Assembly (NCBI GenBank): GCA_964016885.1
Contig: OZ024744.1
Location: 127,472,001 to 127,536,000 of the forward strand
Direction of reading: 5' to 3'
Origin: Eledone cirrhosa
Taxonomy: Eukaryota
Length of the DNA: 64,000 nt
In this document: piece by piece, positions 62,501 through 64,000 of the stretch
Position numbering within the stretch: position 1 is the stretch's first letter
Layout of the letters: each line of letters starts with the position of its first letter
Program-made: the position numbers and the translations under genes
The notes under the pieces: model-generated
Databases searched by the model: none
Told to the model about the DNA's origin: nothing
What the model saw: the letters and a program-made list of their open reading frames with translations, nothing else

Positions 62501-63240
62501 GTTGGGGTTAAGTTAAGTTGGGGTTAAGTTAAGTTGGGGGTAAGTTAAGTTGGGGGCAAGTTAAGTTGGGGTTAATTTAAGTTGGGGTTAAGTTAAGTTA
62601 GGGTTATGTTAAGTTGGGGTTAATTTAAGTTGGGGTTAAGTTAAGTTGGGGGTAACATAAGTTGAGGGTAAGTTAAGTTGAGGGTAAGTTAAGTTGAGGG
62701 TAAGTTAAGTTCAGGTTAAGTTAAGTTGGGGTTAAGTTAAGTTGGGGGTAAGTTAAGTTGGGGGTAAGTTAAGTTGGGGTTAAGTTAAGTTGGGGTTAAA
62801 TTAAGTTGAGGTTAAGTTAATTTGGGCTTAAGTTAAGTTGGGGTTAAGTTAAGTTGGGGGTAAGATAAGTTGGGGCTAAGTTAAGTTGGGGCTAAGTCAA
62901 GTTGGGGTTAAGTCAAGTTGAGGTTAACTTAAGTTGGGGTTAAGTTAAGTTGGGGTTAAGTTAAGTTGGGGTTAAGGTAAGTTGGGGTTAAGTTAAGTTG
63001 GGGCTAAGTTAAGTTGGGGCTAAGTTAAGTTGGGGCTGAATTAAGTTGGGGTTAAGTTGGGGTTGAGTTAAGTTGGGGTTAAGTTAAGTTGGGATTAAGT
63101 TAAGTTGGGGTTAAGTTAAGTTCGGGTTGAGTTAAGTTGGGGTTAAGTTAAGTTGGGGTTAATTTAAGTTGGGGTTAAGTTAAGTTGGGGTTAAGATAAG
63201 TTGGGGTTAAGTTAAGTTGGGGTTAAGTTAAGTTGGGGTT
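59570..63240 (+). repeat. Dispersed copy of ~41,640-45,380 (offset ~17.9 kb)
   Basis: GTAAGGG at 41,691/59,632 and AAA at 42,854/60,811. GAAGGT at 43,990/61,851 and TTCAGG at 44,849/62,712 were seen only at these two sites each. Confidence 0.85.
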
Positions 63241-64000
63241 GAGTTAAGTTGGGGGTAAGTTAAGTTGGGGGCAAGTTGAGTTGGGGTTAAGTTAAGTTGG
63301 GGTTAAGTTAAGGTGGGGGTAAGTTAAGTTGGGGGTAAGTTAAGTTGGGGGTAAGTTAAGTTGGGGTTAAGTTAAGTTGGGTTTAAGTTAAGTTGGGGCT
63401 AAGTTTAGTTGGGGTTAAGTTAAGTTGGGGGTAAGTTAAGTTGGGGTTGAGTTAAGTTGGGGTTAACTTAAGTTGGGGTTAAGTTGGGGTTAAGTTAAGT
63501 TGGGGTTAAATTAAGTTGGGGGTTAGTTAAGTTGGGGCAAGTTAAGTTGGGGTTAATTTAAGTTGGGGTTAAGTTAAGTTGGGGTTATGTTAAGTTGGGG
63601 TTAAGTTAAGTTGGGGTTAAGTTAAGTTGGGGGTAAGTTAAGTTGGGGTTAAGTTAAGTTGGGGGTAAGTTAAGTTGAGGGTAAGTTAAGTTGGGGTTAA
63701 GTTAAGTTGGGGTTAAATTAAGTTGGGGGTAAGTTAAGTTGGGGGTAAGTTAAGTTGGGGTTAAGTTAAGTTGGGGTTAAATTAAGTTGAGGTCAAGTTA
63801 AGTTGGGGTTAAGTTAAGTTGGGGTTAAGTTAAGTTGGGGGTAAGATAAGTTGGGGCTAAGTTAAGTTGGGGCTAAGTCAAGTTGGGGTTAAGTCAAGTT
63901 GAGGTTAACTTAAGTTGGGGTTAAGTTAAGTTGGGGTTAATTTAAGTTGGGGTTAAGTTAAGTTGGGGTTAAGGTAAGTTGGGGTTATGTTAAGTTGGGG

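Larger units (their letters stand above)
1..64000 (+). repeat. 16-bp tandem satellite / telomere-like array, consensus (GGGGTTAAGTTAAGTT)n, ~4,000 monomers, G-rich on + strand
   Basis: Every line is consensus or a near variant (e.g. GGGGCT, GGGGGT, GAGG, TTAAATT, TTGAGTT, TTAACTT). No orientation switch or non-repeat insert seen. The array continues past both window edges. Confidence 0.99.

Noticed and set aside
1-64000. Protein-coding ORF, including a repetitive one
   Set aside because: TTAA occurs twice per monomer and is palindromic, and the 16-bp period cycles through frames. TAA stops therefore hit all six frames within a few monomers.
1-64000. CRISPR array or prokaryotic iteron/repeat-spacer system
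   Set aside because: Monomers are directly adjacent with no unique spacers, leader or associated genes.
1-64000. Canonical telomere tract (TTAGGG, TTAGG or TTGGGG repeats)
   Set aside because: TTGGGG is never tandemly repeated. TTAGGG and TTAGG appear only as isolated single-base variants of the 16-mer.
1-64000. Variant pattern as an encoded message or synthetic construct
   Set aside because: The variants behave like inherited point mutations and indels copied through duplications, with irregular periods. There are no adapters, fixed block structure or designed elements.
1-64000. Variants as sequencing noise
   Set aside because: Most rare variants recur at exact multi-kb offsets in the same order, which random error would not produce. 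Singletons remain uncertain.
1-64000. Nucleosome-length (~150-180 bp) higher-order periodicity or strand-inversion junctions
   Set aside because: I saw no consistent 10-11-monomer variant period by eye, and no C-rich (reverse-orientation) segment anywhere.

Overview
The whole 64 kb window is one uninterrupted, single-orientation tandem array (satellite or telomere-like) of a 16-bp monomer, consensus GGGGTTAAGTTAAGTT (reverse complement AACTTAACTTAACCCC), about 4,000 copies. It runs off both ends of the window. I see no genes, RNA genes, mobile elements, CRISPR spacers or unique sequence. The information lies in the variant monomers: rare substitutions and 11/15/17/18-bp length variants recur in the same order at fixed offsets. 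They reveal nested higher-order duplications with periods of about 0.6, 0.8, 2.8, 3.0, 3.4, 3.6, 3.9 and 8.0 kb, long-range matches at about 17.9, 20.8 and 28.7 kb, and a few short pasted-in patches. The + strand is G/T-rich and almost C-free. The monomer can be read as TTAAG-TTAAG-TTGGGG, which resembles telomeric motifs, but neither organism nor chromosomal location can be determined from this window. Offsets were measured by eye from marker variants, so block boundaries are approximate (one to a few monomers). I found no evidence of a gene-encoded biological system.
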